64,000 nucleotides of DNA from IMG/VR virus record IMGVR_UViG_3300045988_108820, positions 32,001-96,000 of that record; one strand, 5' to 3'. Positions 41,297 through 52,000 of this stretch are shown piece by piece. Below the pieces are notes generated by a model. That model did no database searches. It worked only from the letters and a program-made list of their open reading frames with translations, and was not told the DNA's origin. This stretch comes from a virus. The position numbers were made by a program, and so were the translations under genes. How positions within the stretch are numbered: position 1 is the first letter of the stretch; each line of letters opens with the position of its first letter.

Positions 41297-44200
41297 ATGT
41301 TTACAGAAATTTTAAGAGGTCTTAAAGGTCTTAAAGGTCTCAGGGGTCTTGAAGGTCTTTCCCAACAAGAAAGAGATGCTTGGAGAAGAGTTAATGCAAG
41401 TAAACTCGAAGGTAAGTCTGCTCAATATGAAGATAGATTGTATGCAAATCAACAATTTGTCAAGAAATTTGGAATGGATGCCTTTAACTCCTTTAATAGG
41501 GACCAAAGAGACTATATATATAAGGATACAATAGTAAATGAACTTTATACTGATCTTTATAGCCCCTATACTGATAAAGTAGGAACTGATGGTAAATATA
41601 TAGTTGACCCTAATAAGGGAATGGGGAGTGAAGCAGAATTTAAAAAGTATTATGCTATGGATGCAGACTCAAAATTGGAATTAATTAGAAGTGGTTGGAA
41701 ACCTACTCCTCAAATTGAGTCTGAATTAAAGAAAGAGCGTGATATGAAATTAGCAGCAATAAATAATTCTAATGCTTGGGTTGGTGCTCCTAGCTATGCT
41801 CAAGGAGGTGTAACAGCTAGTTTTATTTTTAGAGAACCAATACACGAAGAGCTTTCTAGATCCGAGAATAATAAAATTTTGGAAGGAATTTATGCTAGAG
41901 ATTTAAAGAAAAGGGAGGATGAACTTCAACCTGAAATAGATGACTACTATTTAAATACTATAGGAAAACTAAGCGACTCAGAGGTGAAATCCCAATTTAT
42001 GAAAGCTTTAACTCCCAGTGATACTAATATTGGTAATTCACAATTGCTTGCATTTTTTCATGATGGTAAAAATGTAGAAGACGAAGTAAAGAATTTTAGC
42101 ATAGATGATATGAGGATGTATCTAGCTAAGTTCAAAGTCCTTAATGATAGATTAGGAGCTGGTGCAGCCTACACTGCATTAGATAATTATGCTAAGGAAT
42201 ATATAAGTGATCATCAAGGAAACCTCACTTATGCAGGATTACTAGCAAAAGATATTGGTATAAGTGTGCTGTCTTATACTGCTGATAAAGTAAATAGTAT
42301 AAGGCAACTATTTAATACTGGTAAAGGAAAATCTGTAGTATGGATCGATAATAAAGGTAATGTAGTTGCTCCAGATCAAGTTAAAACAGCAAAGAATGGA
42401 GATAAATATTATATCAATGATGATGGAGAAGTTACTGCAATAAAGCAGACTAAAATGAGTGTTACAGACTTAGATTATTTAGGTAAAGATGCTGAAGGTA
42501 ATACTAGAAGTGACTTCCTAAATAATCAGTTTTGGGCAGATGCTGAACAATATGGTACTCTTGATTCTGATGAAATAAAACAATATAAAAAGTTAGGAGC
42601 ATCTCCTTACAAAGTTGTATATAAACCAGGTGATGATTCAGATTTACTGTATGAAACTATTAAAATGACATCATTTGCTATAGCCGATGCTGCTTCTATG
42701 CTTATTCCAGGATACGGAGAAACTGTGGGTGCTGCAATGCAAACAACTAAAGCAGCTTCTTTATTAAGTAAGGCAATTAGTACTCTTGGTAAGGGTATAT
42801 ATTATACAAGTAAATTAGCAAAAGCTGTTCAACCTACAATTAGTGCTACAGCTATTGGACATGCCTATGGTAGAGGTGTATTTGGGGAGAGTCTAGCTCA
42901 AAATATGCAACAACTAGAAGAATATGCTTACACCTTTGCTCAGAAAAATTTTCATGATAATTATTATAGTAATAAACAGTTTAAGGATCAAGTAGACAAA
43001 GATGTACAAACTGAATTTAATAAACTAAAGAATATACAAAAGGCTGAGTTAAACACATCGGAGGGAAATAAAGAAATAGCTAACCAAGGACTCACTGATG
43101 AGGCTCTTATGGAAAAAGCTAAGCAGATTGTTCATAGTACTTACATTGATAGAGGTGTTAAAGATATTCAAAATTCTGATGATTATTTTGATATGGTTGG
43201 CAAGGCTTCAGAAAGTGCAAGTGATGCAGCTATGACAGCTGCTATTACAGACGGTGCTAAGTATATGTTAGTTAATAATTTTGGATATAGAAAATTTCTA
43301 TTTAATACTGCTGCTGATAGAGCTGCATCTTCTGCAAGAAGATTAGCTCGAAATTTATCTGAAAAGGAGAGCAGAAGATTACTCTTTAAAAGTCTTATTG
43401 ATGGAAATAAGTTAAAAACTATTGGGAAGATAACAGCATCTCAAGCATGGGGAGGTGCATGGACTAACTTTACTGATGAAATGCAATCTTGGGGTGGTAA
43501 ACAAATAAATCAGGATAGATTCTCTTCTTATTTAAGTGGTTTTTATAATGGTCAAGCTTCAGATGATATCTATGGTGCTATAGATGCAGTAACTTCATAT
43601 TTTAATGGTGCTATGGCTTCCTTAGCTAAAGGCACAACTTGGAAGGCAGGATTTGTTGGTGCTACTGGTTCATTAACTTCATTCGCTCCTAATGTTGCTT
43701 CAATAACTACTACTATTGGTACAAAAAGAGGTAGAGAAGCTTGGAGAAAAGCTTCTTTAGGAGAAAGAGCCAATATGATTTTTAATAATGGAGTTCTTAA
43801 TGAATACTATGGAAAGAAACAGGGTGAATCAGAAATAAAAAGGTATGTAGATGTAGTTAATAAATTACTTGATGAACAAGATAACTTTTCTATATTAAAA
43901 AGTGCTGTAGCTCTAGATAGAGCTTCTATTGATGTAAGTAATCAGGAAGATAAAAATGCTATCACATTCCTAAAAGCGGTAAATGCAATATCACTATTAC
44001 ATCAATTTCAGAGTGATAGTGGTATTAAAGATCAGTCTAGTTCTAGAATAAAAAGATGGTTAAAGAATAAATTTGGTGAAGGTGAAAACACTTTAGGGGC
44101 TGTTGCTAGTCAATCTACTATACTTACTAAGGCTTTATCAGAAATAGAAGATTTAGTTAATGGAAATCTAAGTGAAGAATCTGCAAAGAGTTATCTATCT

Positions 44201-47200
44201 GAATACTATGCTAAAAACCCAACAGTAGAACAATCAGAGGATAATAATAAAAGAGCTTTAGAGGAGATGTCCCAAAATGCTAAAACTCTCCAAGAGGCTG
44301 AAAATACTTGGCAAGATATTAATTCTAAGCTTGATATGGTTGAGAAGGATAGAGGTTCCAAAATATCTTCTAATGTTAGAAGTAGACTACTTGAAAGAGC
44401 GGCACTTGATGGTTTCTTATCAGAAAGGTTAGATGCTCTGGAGGATAAAATTTCAGGTAATAGAATTAACACTTCTACTGAATCAACTGCTGAGACCTGG
44501 GGTACTAAGGAAGCTATTAAGGAACAAGTTCTATCTATGGAAAGAACTGAGAGGGATCTTAATAAGGATATAATTGTTGCAAAGAATAGATTAGATAATG
44601 CCACTACTAAGTTAAATGAGTATAAAAAGACTCATGATATTGAGAACTTAGATGATATAGCTACTACAGAGTACATAGGTTTACTAAATAATGTTGAAGC
44701 TGCCAAACTACAGTATGAATATACTACTAATTCTATGGATAAGCTCAAATCTAGGCAAGAAAAGATGAAAGCTATGAGTAAAGAGGAATCATCAAGAGTT
44801 TTATCTAAGAATGAAATACTGGCATTGCCCTCAGAAGCTAGAGCTAGAATGCTTAATGATTTGAATAGAAGTAATTATTCAAAGGAGCAACTTGAACAAA
44901 TAGATGCTCTTAAGAATGAACTAACTCTAAAGGATCCATCATTACTACAATCTATACAAGATCAAGCTAGGCTCTTAAAGCAGAAAAATGCTAATGCTAG
45001 TGCCTATGAAATGATGTTAGAGAATCCAGAGGCAGCTTATACAGAATTTGAAGCTCAAGATGGTGTAGATGCTACTATATCTAGAGATTTATTCTTTAGA
45101 AGGTATAGTGAGAGCATTAATAATGTGATAAGAAAATTGAGTAGTCTGAGTAATATAAAAGATATAAGTCAAGATGATATAAGGGAAGCAATATATAAAA
45201 ATCTTAGAGTCTTACATCCCAAGATACTTGATTACTTAGACACAACTCTACCCAATGAAAAAGGTTTAGAATTTATTCCTTTATATAGCAATGAGATAGT
45301 AAAGGCTAAAGAATGGTCTAATATGCTTACAGATATAAGTAAGGCTGTTGACCAAATGAACTTTGACGATTCAACTAAGAAAGTATTCAGTGACAATATA
45401 GGTAATCTTATTGATAAAGCTTCTACAAGAAAGCAAGCTATGGATATTTTAGAGCAAGTTAGTAACTCTACTGATGTTTCAAACTCAGATCAAGCTAACT
45501 TTAGGAAGTTACTGAATATAATCAATGGTGTTGAAGAACAAAGAAATGCTACTACTACAGAGACTAAAGAAGAAAAAAAAGCTAGACAGGAATCTCAAGA
45601 GACTCAAGCAAAGCAAGAGGAAAAGAGAGTAAAGGATGCTGAAGATAAAGCACAAGAAGCTATTGAAGTAACAGAAAAAGAAGCATCAAATGATAAAAAT
45701 GCTCAAGAAGCTTATCAAGAAACAGAAAAAGAGAAATCCAATGAACAAAATGCTCAAGAGACTTACACTGAAACTAAACAAGAGAGAAGAAATCAAGAAG
45801 AAGCTAATAAGCAATTAAATACTTATGAGCAGACTGACGAAGATATAGCTAGAGATAAAGCTATAGAAGAACAAAGAAAAGAGGGTGTGGACTTTTCATC
45901 AGGAACTATAGACTTTGAGAGTCCTGATTGGGAAAAACAAGTAGAACAAGCAGAGGCAGAAGGACATAAAATAGAAGAAGGATTTGTTAGTAAAGATACT
46001 ACTGATGTTACTGATCAAGGAAATAGAGAGTCTATGCAACCTAGTGAAGTTTTAGCAGGAAATTATTTTCATAGATATGATGTAGATGCTCTAATAGAAG
46101 ATAAAAAAGAGGTAGTTAGCTATGGTAGAAAGGGAGATATATTAGATAGAATATTAAAGTGGTTTGAAAATGCAGGAATCAAACTTCAGGAGATAGTAGA
46201 TACTGAAGTGGGAGACATTATGAAAACTAAGCCTGAAGTACATCTACTATATGTAAATCCTAAAACTACTGCTACTGATGATGCTTGCTTTAGTGACACC
46301 GCTATGTTAGCAGTAGAATATACTGACAAAATATCTAAAATACATAATAATGATAGGGGGGGAGTAATTACTGCTAATGGTAAGCAATATCTAATAATAG
46401 GTACTCTAGGATTCAATAATAGAGAGCAACAAAGCAATTATGTAAGTGTGCATAATCCAGCAAAAGGCTCAAGACTTAAATATTTTACAGCTAATCCTAA
46501 TGAACGATTCTATATCCTTCCAACTGCTCATACCGAGATAGCTGAGATGACATCAGGAAGAATAACAAGACAATTAGAGAGTGATTCAGAGGTAAAAATT
46601 AGACCTGTTACAGAACTCTTATCTGAACCTAATAGAAATCCTAAGGGATTAAAACTCCAAGATCTTAAGTGGGGTATAATGTTTGAAGATGGTTTACATT
46701 ATGCAAATGTTTCTCCTAGAAATACTGTGTACCCTCCTAGAGATACCCTAAGTAACTTAGGTGCTGTATTTTTACTAATTGAAACTGCTAATGGTAATTA
46801 TATACCAGTAGCAATAAGATCTACAATGCTCTCTGATTTACAAGATGGTACATTAAAGACTCAATTAAATAATCTATTTAATGAATTAAGTTCTACTAAA
46901 TATTCAGATAGATTAGGTGCTATTAATCAACTTGTAAAATTACTTAATATAAATGAGAAGGGAGATAATATACTCATAGGAATGGATGATAAAGCAACTG
47001 TTAGTACAGTTAAGAATGGTACTGTATTAAGGACATTCAATTTGAAAGATGCTAACTTTAGTAGAATGGACTTAATTAATGCTATTTTTGAGCTTAATCC
47101 TAGAGTTAATATTACTTTATCTACTCTAAGTGATCCTGTACAGTTAAAAATGTATGCAGAAGCAGGTGCTTTGAACACTGATATAGCTAAATTAGGAACA

Positions 47201-49015
47201 TCCAATGCAAGTTATACAGTGTACTCAATGGATGCTAATGGTAATCCAATTAAGACTAAGCCAATAGAGAATAGAGATCCAAGTACAGAAGCTAATAGTG
47301 ACTTAAACAAAGCTGACTATAAGAAGAAACACTCTGTATATTATAGAGGTTCTCAATATAGAGAGAAGAATGGAAAGTGGTATAATACTAATTGGAAAGA
47401 AGTAACAGATCCTATATTACTTAGTCAAATTAAATGGACTAGCTATATTAGAGTAAATGATTTGACTCCTAATTTAGTTGGTAATGATATGTTTGGTAAT
47501 AAGAATAATGAATATTACATTATTAATTCTAATCCTACAAATGCAAAAGTGATTAAAGTACTTAGTAATGGTATTGTAGCTGAACTTAACATAAATGATT
47601 CTAGAGTAATAATAGAGAAAGTACAAAATAGAGATATTCAAGCAACTAGAGAAAAAGCAGCTAAAGAAGAGAAAGAAAGACTTATGCATATTGAAAACTC
47701 TATGGACTATGATAATGCAGAAGCGGCTGGTGAGGGTGAAGATGTTACTAAGGTTAATGAGATTAGTGGAGCTAATTTAACTGAGGAACAAATTATTGCA
47801 CAAGGTAATGGGGATTTCCAACTTGACTCTAAACCTCAACCAACAGATACTGAGCTTAAGGCACAAGCTATGGTAGATAGAATAACCTCTGATTCTCATG
47901 ACATCATTCTAGATGAAAAGAGAGGTGTATATGTAGATTCCACAGGCAAAGAAAGAGCTAGAGTTACATCAGTAATTCAAGCTACTGAAGGTACTGAGAG
48001 ATTTGACCCAAATAGTCCTTGGATTACTCCTTCTACTAATGTGGGAACAGGAATGGATAACTTTGTAAGAGACTTCTTTGCTAGTAAATTGGGAAGTTTA
48101 GATAGCCTTCAGGAGAGGTATCCTAATGCCACAACTGCTCAACTACAAGCCTTTGAGAAACAGCTCCAAGAGTTCAAGGCTAAGCTTGATAAAGCTGGTT
48201 TAACAGTAGTTCCAAGGGATGTTACTGTCACTGGGGAAGTTGAAGTTACAGATACTAATGGTAAGAAATATAAATTACCTGTAGCAGGAACTCTAGACTT
48301 GCTTGCCTATGACAAAGATGGTAACTTCTATATCTTTGATATGAAGACAAATCATAGTACTCCTAATGCTAAAAAAGCTGCAAAGTGGAACAAACAGTTA
48401 TCTTTATATAAGCAGTTCTTAGAAGAAAAGTATGGTGTTAGTGTAAAAGAGACTTCTATAATTCCAATAGAAGTGAAGTACCCAGCTCCTAAAGGATGGA
48501 GAAATGGAAAAACTGTATATAGAGCAGATGAAAAAACTAATCAACTCTATTATCAGACAGAGGATAATTCTGGAGCATTAACCTCTAGTACTCCATATAG
48601 AGATGCTAAACCAATCTTACACTCTAACATACCAATCTCAACTAGTCCTGTAAAGATAGAGTATAGTTTACTAACTGATTCTGAGAAAGCATTATTATCT
48701 CCTGTGGTAGATGGAACATTTAATTCATCTACAGGTACTACTAACATTGAGAATAAAAATAAGAACAAAGACATTAATAAGACAGGTGACATTTCACTAG
48801 CTGAATTACAAGCTAGTACAAATGCTAAACCTACTAATGTAAGTTCTATGCTTAAAAATAGAAACTATAGTAAAAAGGTAAGAGGAATACTAAAAGAGAA
48901 AGGTTTTAATGGTAAAATGTCTGAGGTAGAAGCTTGGTTAAAAGAGCATAATATGCCTATAAGTAATATAAAAGACATAGATTCTTGGATTGATATGTTA
49001 CAAAACTGTAGATAA
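41297..49015 (+). CDS. giant virion (cargo-type) protein, 2572 aa, with a C-terminal PD-(D/E)xK nuclease domain
   Basis: Uninterrupted ORF. See the domain feature at 47900-48480. Confidence 0.75.
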   Translation: MFTEILRGLKGLKGLRGLEGLSQQERDAWRRVNASKLEGKSAQYEDRLYANQQFVKKFGMDAFNSFNRDQRDYIYKDTIVNELYTDLYSPYTDKVGTDGKYIVDPNKGMGSEAEFKKYYAMDADSKLELIRSGWKPTPQIESELKKERDMKLAAINNSNAWVGAPSYAQGGVTASFIFREPIHEELSRSENNKILEGIYARDLKKREDELQPEIDDYYLNTIGKLSDSEVKSQFMKALTPSDTNIGNSQLLAFFHDGKNVEDEVKNFSIDDMRMYLAKFKVLNDRLGAGAAYTALDNYAKEYISDHQGNLTYAGLLAKDIGISVLSYTADKVNSIRQLFNTGKGKSVVWIDNKGNVVAPDQVKTAKNGDKYYINDDGEVTAIKQTKMSVTDLDYLGKDAEGNTRSDFLNNQFWADAEQYGTLDSDEIKQYKKLGASPYKVVYKPGDDSDLLYETIKMTSFAIADAASMLIPGYGETVGAAMQTTKAASLLSKAISTLGKGIYYTSKLAKAVQPTISATAIGHAYGRGVFGESLAQNMQQLEEYAYTFAQKNFHDNYYSNKQFKDQVDKDVQTEFNKLKNIQKAELNTSEGNKEIANQGLTDEALMEKAKQIVHSTYIDRGVKDIQNSDDYFDMVGKASESASDAAMTAAITDGAKYMLVNNFGYRKFLFNTAADRAASSARRLARNLSEKESRRLLFKSLIDGNKLKTIGKITASQAWGGAWTNFTDEMQSWGGKQINQDRFSSYLSGFYNGQASDDIYGAIDAVTSYFNGAMASLAKGTTWKAGFVGATGSLTSFAPNVASITTTIGTKRGREAWRKASLGERANMIFNNGVLNEYYGKKQGESEIKRYVDVVNKLLDEQDNFSILKSAVALDRASIDVSNQEDKNAITFLKAVNAISLLHQFQSDSGIKDQSSSRIKRWLKNKFGEGENTLGAVASQSTILTKALSEIEDLVNGNLSEESAKSYLSEYYAKNPTVEQSEDNNKRALEEMSQNAKTLQEAENTWQDINSKLDMVEKDRGSKISSNVRSRLLERAALDGFLSERLDALEDKISGNRINTSTESTAETWGTKEAIKEQVLSMERTERDLNKDIIVAKNRLDNATTKLNEYKKTHDIENLDDIATTEYIGLLNNVEAAKLQYEYTTNSMDKLKSRQEKMKAMSKEESSRVLSKNEILALPSEARARMLNDLNRSNYSKEQLEQIDALKNELTLKDPSLLQSIQDQARLLKQKNANASAYEMMLENPEAAYTEFEAQDGVDATISRDLFFRRYSESINNVIRKLSSLSNIKDISQDDIREAIYKNLRVLHPKILDYLDTTLPNEKGLEFIPLYSNEIVKAKEWSNMLTDISKAVDQMNFDDSTKKVFSDNIGNLIDKASTRKQAMDILEQVSNSTDVSNSDQANFRKLLNIINGVEEQRNATTTETKEEKKARQESQETQAKQEEKRVKDAEDKAQEAIEVTEKEASNDKNAQEAYQETEKEKSNEQNAQETYTETKQERRNQEEANKQLNTYEQTDEDIARDKAIEEQRKEGVDFSSGTIDFESPDWEKQVEQAEAEGHKIEEGFVSKDTTDVTDQGNRESMQPSEVLAGNYFHRYDVDALIEDKKEVVSYGRKGDILDRILKWFENAGIKLQEIVDTEVGDIMKTKPEVHLLYVNPKTTATDDACFSDTAMLAVEYTDKISKIHNNDRGGVITANGKQYLIIGTLGFNNREQQSNYVSVHNPAKGSRLKYFTANPNERFYILPTAHTEIAEMTSGRITRQLESDSEVKIRPVTELLSEPNRNPKGLKLQDLKWGIMFEDGLHYANVSPRNTVYPPRDTLSNLGAVFLLIETANGNYIPVAIRSTMLSDLQDGTLKTQLNNLFNELSSTKYSDRLGAINQLVKLLNINEKGDNILIGMDDKATVSTVKNGTVLRTFNLKDANFSRMDLINAIFELNPRVNITLSTLSDPVQLKMYAEAGALNTDIAKLGTSNASYTVYSMDANGNPIKTKPIENRDPSTEANSDLNKADYKKKHSVYYRGSQYREKNGKWYNTNWKEVTDPILLSQIKWTSYIRVNDLTPNLVGNDMFGNKNNEYYIINSNPTNAKVIKVLSNGIVAELNINDSRVIIEKVQNRDIQATREKAAKEEKERLMHIENSMDYDNAEAAGEGEDVTKVNEISGANLTEEQIIAQGNGDFQLDSKPQPTDTELKAQAMVDRITSDSHDIILDEKRGVYVDSTGKERARVTSVIQATEGTERFDPNSPWITPSTNVGTGMDNFVRDFFASKLGSLDSLQERYPNATTAQLQAFEKQLQEFKAKLDKAGLTVVPRDVTVTGEVEVTDTNGKKYKLPVAGTLDLLAYDKDGNFYIFDMKTNHSTPNAKKAAKWNKQLSLYKQFLEEKYGVSVKETSIIPIEVKYPAPKGWRNGKTVYRADEKTNQLYYQTEDNSGALTSSTPYRDAKPILHSNIPISTSPVKIEYSLLTDSEKALLSPVVDGTFNSSTGTTNIENKNKNKDINKTGDISLAELQASTNAKPTNVSSMLKNRNYSKKVRGILKEKGFNGKMSEVEAWLKEHNMPISNIKDIDSWIDMLQNCR
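41318..41362 (+). repeat. five tandem 9-nt repeats (GGTCTTAAA-like) encoding GLK-GLK-GLR-GLE-GLS
   Basis: Read directly: ggtcttaaa ggtcttaaa ggtctcagg ggtcttgaa ggtctttcc, at codons 8-22 of the giant ORF. Confidence 0.8.
45650..45802 (+). repeat. about three tandem 51-nt (17-aa) coding repeats in an E/K/Q-rich linker
   Basis: AQEAIEVTEKEASNDKN / AQEAYQETEKEKSNEQN / AQETYTETKQERRNQEE. Confidence 0.6.
47900..48480 (+). other. PD-(D/E)xK (RecB/Cas4-like) nuclease domain within the 2572-aa protein
   Basis: GTGMDNFVRDFF ... GTLDLLAYD (Asp codon at 48296-48298) ... IFDMKT (D-M-K at 48338-48346) ... QLSLYKQ. This gives the motif order D...(D/E)xK...QxxxY. Confidence 0.6.
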
Positions 49016-49020
49016 AAAAG

Positions 49021-49047
49021 AAAGCCAGTAGGAATTCTACTGGCTTT
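49021..49047. terminator. bidirectional terminator at the convergence point of the two large operons
   Basis: AAAGCCAGTAG-GAATT-CTACTGGCTTT, with A/T tracts on both sides, lying between the stops at 49015 (+) and 49058 (-). Confidence 0.7.
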
Positions 49048-49057
49048 TATTATATTA

Positions 49058-52000
49058 TTACTTTTGTAAATTGTTCTTTTCAAACACTTGGAATACACCA
49101 TTATCAGTATCCATTTCATTAAGTTGTTCAATTTGTCCGTAAAATGGAATTAAATACTTTTGAATGTTTCTAAAGTATTTATTTTCCCCCTTATGCTTAC
49201 CAGACTTAATTGTGTCATTAATATCTCCAATACCAGCAAATGGGTATAAAAAGGAATTAACTACATTAGATGCAGCTATAGGACTGTTTATTAGAGTATT
49301 CATTTCCATAGGAATACCCCATGGAGTTGAACCATTTATATCTGTAATAGCTCTCTTTGTTTGATATATCCACATCCTTGTCCAAAATTCTTTCTTATGG
49401 TCATCAGGTTCACCGAGAGCAAATGATAATGTAAGAAGACTAGATAATACAAGTATTTCAGATAGTGCTCTTCTACAATTAGCTTTTTGCATAGGATTCA
49501 TCTCATTCCAATGCAACATTGATTCTCTTTGAAACCTAAATATATCCCCAGCCATAGCATAAGCAAACTTAGAAGCTGTGTTATAATATCCCTCTCTATT
49601 TTCTCCAAGAGTAGCATCATAATGAGAACTCCTAAATCTTCTAGAGTAGTGTTCAACCATCCATTGCCTTAAATTCATTATAAATCTACCAGCCATGTGT
49701 TGATGAATTAAACCTTTGTCTTCTTCATTCATAGCACCATGGGTAGTTTGATTTACATATCTAATTCTTTTTCTAATCTTCTCTAAAAAGGCATCATCAA
49801 TAGGAACTTCTTGACCATTATCATCAGTATATGTAGCATTTTTATCAATTATTAGTTCAGAATTACCATCTACCTTATTACCTACAGAGAATACATCATA
49901 AAGGGATTTAGTTTTTCCATTTATTTTAATCTTAGTATTATGTAATACAGCATACATATTTACAAAGTGAATTAAGTGTTCACCTGCCCCATAACCTATG
50001 AATGAGAAGTTCTTTCCCAAAAGATGTCTTAGTGGTCCTCTGTAATATCTTTGATGCTGTAATTCTCCAAAATTTTCATTTAATGGATCAAATATTTGTG
50101 CTAACAATACTGATTTACTATTAGTATTATTAGTCATAAAGTCCATTATTCTTCCTACAGAGCCTTTAATATTATCACCAAAAACTTTCTTATGTGCCCA
50201 TGCATAATCAATAGGATTATAAAACTCCATAGCCCCAGACTCTACTAACATTTGAAGTTCACCTACTAGGTAGTTAGATATAGCTCCTTTAACATTAACA
50301 GCCAAACTCTTTAAAGAAGTATATGCAAGTAGATTCTTCAGTAACATGTGATATTTTCCAGGGTTTTTAATATTAACACCATATATAAATTTATCAACAA
50401 ATCCATCAACAATACCAATAGTATTAGAATTACTTGCAAAAGCTCTTAATTGTTTATAAACCCTAATACCTGTATCTTCTACCATATCTAGACTTTTATA
50501 GTTCCTTCCAGCAGCTACTTCTTGGTCTTTAATAAAATCAGCCATAAATTCAACAGTGTCTTTAATATTATTCATAGCCTCATAGTTTATTGCAGTTCCT
50601 GCTAAGTGTTGTATAGCACTAGAGAAATCTTTCAGTAGTTCTCCTTTATCTTTAATCTTATTGATATAGAATATAGGTATTTGTCTAAATGGAGTATTAT
50701 CTAATGCTCCACTAACTATGTTATATTCTTCTCCATTTACTATACCATTATTTGCATATCTATCATCATCTTCTCTTATAGTAGTAAAGTCTTTAAGTTT
50801 TGTTCTAATAGCTTTTATTAAATCTCTAAGACTTCCCTTCTTAACAGCAGCTTTCATAGCATCCACAAAGGATCTCCTAATTTGAGGAGGTACAAATTGT
50901 CTTTGAGCATAATTAGGTAATAAGGTTCCTAATTCTCCTTTTATTTGCATCATTGTTTCATAATACTCCTGTTGCTCACTAGTTAATTTAGGAAATGCTT
51001 TTCTATATGTGGAATTAGGAACTCTCTCAGTTCTGCCACTTACTAAATCTACAACTCTATCCTCTGTATTAGCTTCTTCCCAATTTTTTATAGCTTCATC
51101 TACAGATAGACCTCTAGTTCCTTGCCCTATTAATCCTTTTCTAAAATTAGCTCTAGCTTTATAATAAGCAGTCCAATCAATATCACTTATGATATAACCA
51201 TTAGGCTCATACATAAAGTCACTCTTAAAACCTGCTTTTCTGAGTTTATGTTCTGCTCTTCTTATTCTAAGAGATATAGCATTCATCTTAGCATCCCTAG
51301 AAGATTGAGCATCTCTTATAATGTTACCCATAGTAGCAATTAATGGGTTAGAAACTCTTCCAATACTATATAAATAGTCATAGATAGTAGAGTCTTTTTC
51401 AGCCATTTCAACTATATTAACTACAGACATGCCATTAGAAAGTTTATCTCCTAAATATTCAGTAGCTATAGTAGTCATAGTATTTAGTCTTAACTCCCTT
51501 AGAGTTTTATCATGTTTATCAAAGAATTCTACTAGTTTAGTAGCTTGATCTTTTATAATTTGTTTATCAGTATCACTAAGTCTTTCATCTGAGATAATAC
51601 TATCAATATTAGACAATGATGTAAGAATGCTTTTATAACCATCAGTAATAGATTTAACCTGCATTAGTGACTTAGCTATAGCAGAAGCTCTCTCTAGATT
51701 ACTTCCAGATTGTGGAGTATTCTGGAGGATTTTTTCCACTTCTTGTATTTGTGTAGATGCTTCACTAAGAAATCCTAGAATACCAACATAGTATCTATTA
51801 CTATTAATTTCCTTCATAAGTGTATGCAAAGACTGTTCCAATCTAGTAGTTTCAGGGGTTATTCCCTGCTCTGCTTTCATCTTTTTGAGCTGTCTTTGTA
51901 ATGTTATAGCAGCTTCTGATGCTGCTTGAGATAAACTCCTTATATTATTTCCAACTAGTACTACTTCATTAAAGTCTAGATTATATTTCTTATTTAGTGC

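Noticed and set aside
41318-41362. Possible CRISPR-like or other non-coding repeat array
   Set aside because: The repeats are 9 nt long, contiguous with no spacers, and in frame within a coding sequence. No CRISPR-like repeat-spacer structure exists anywhere in the window.
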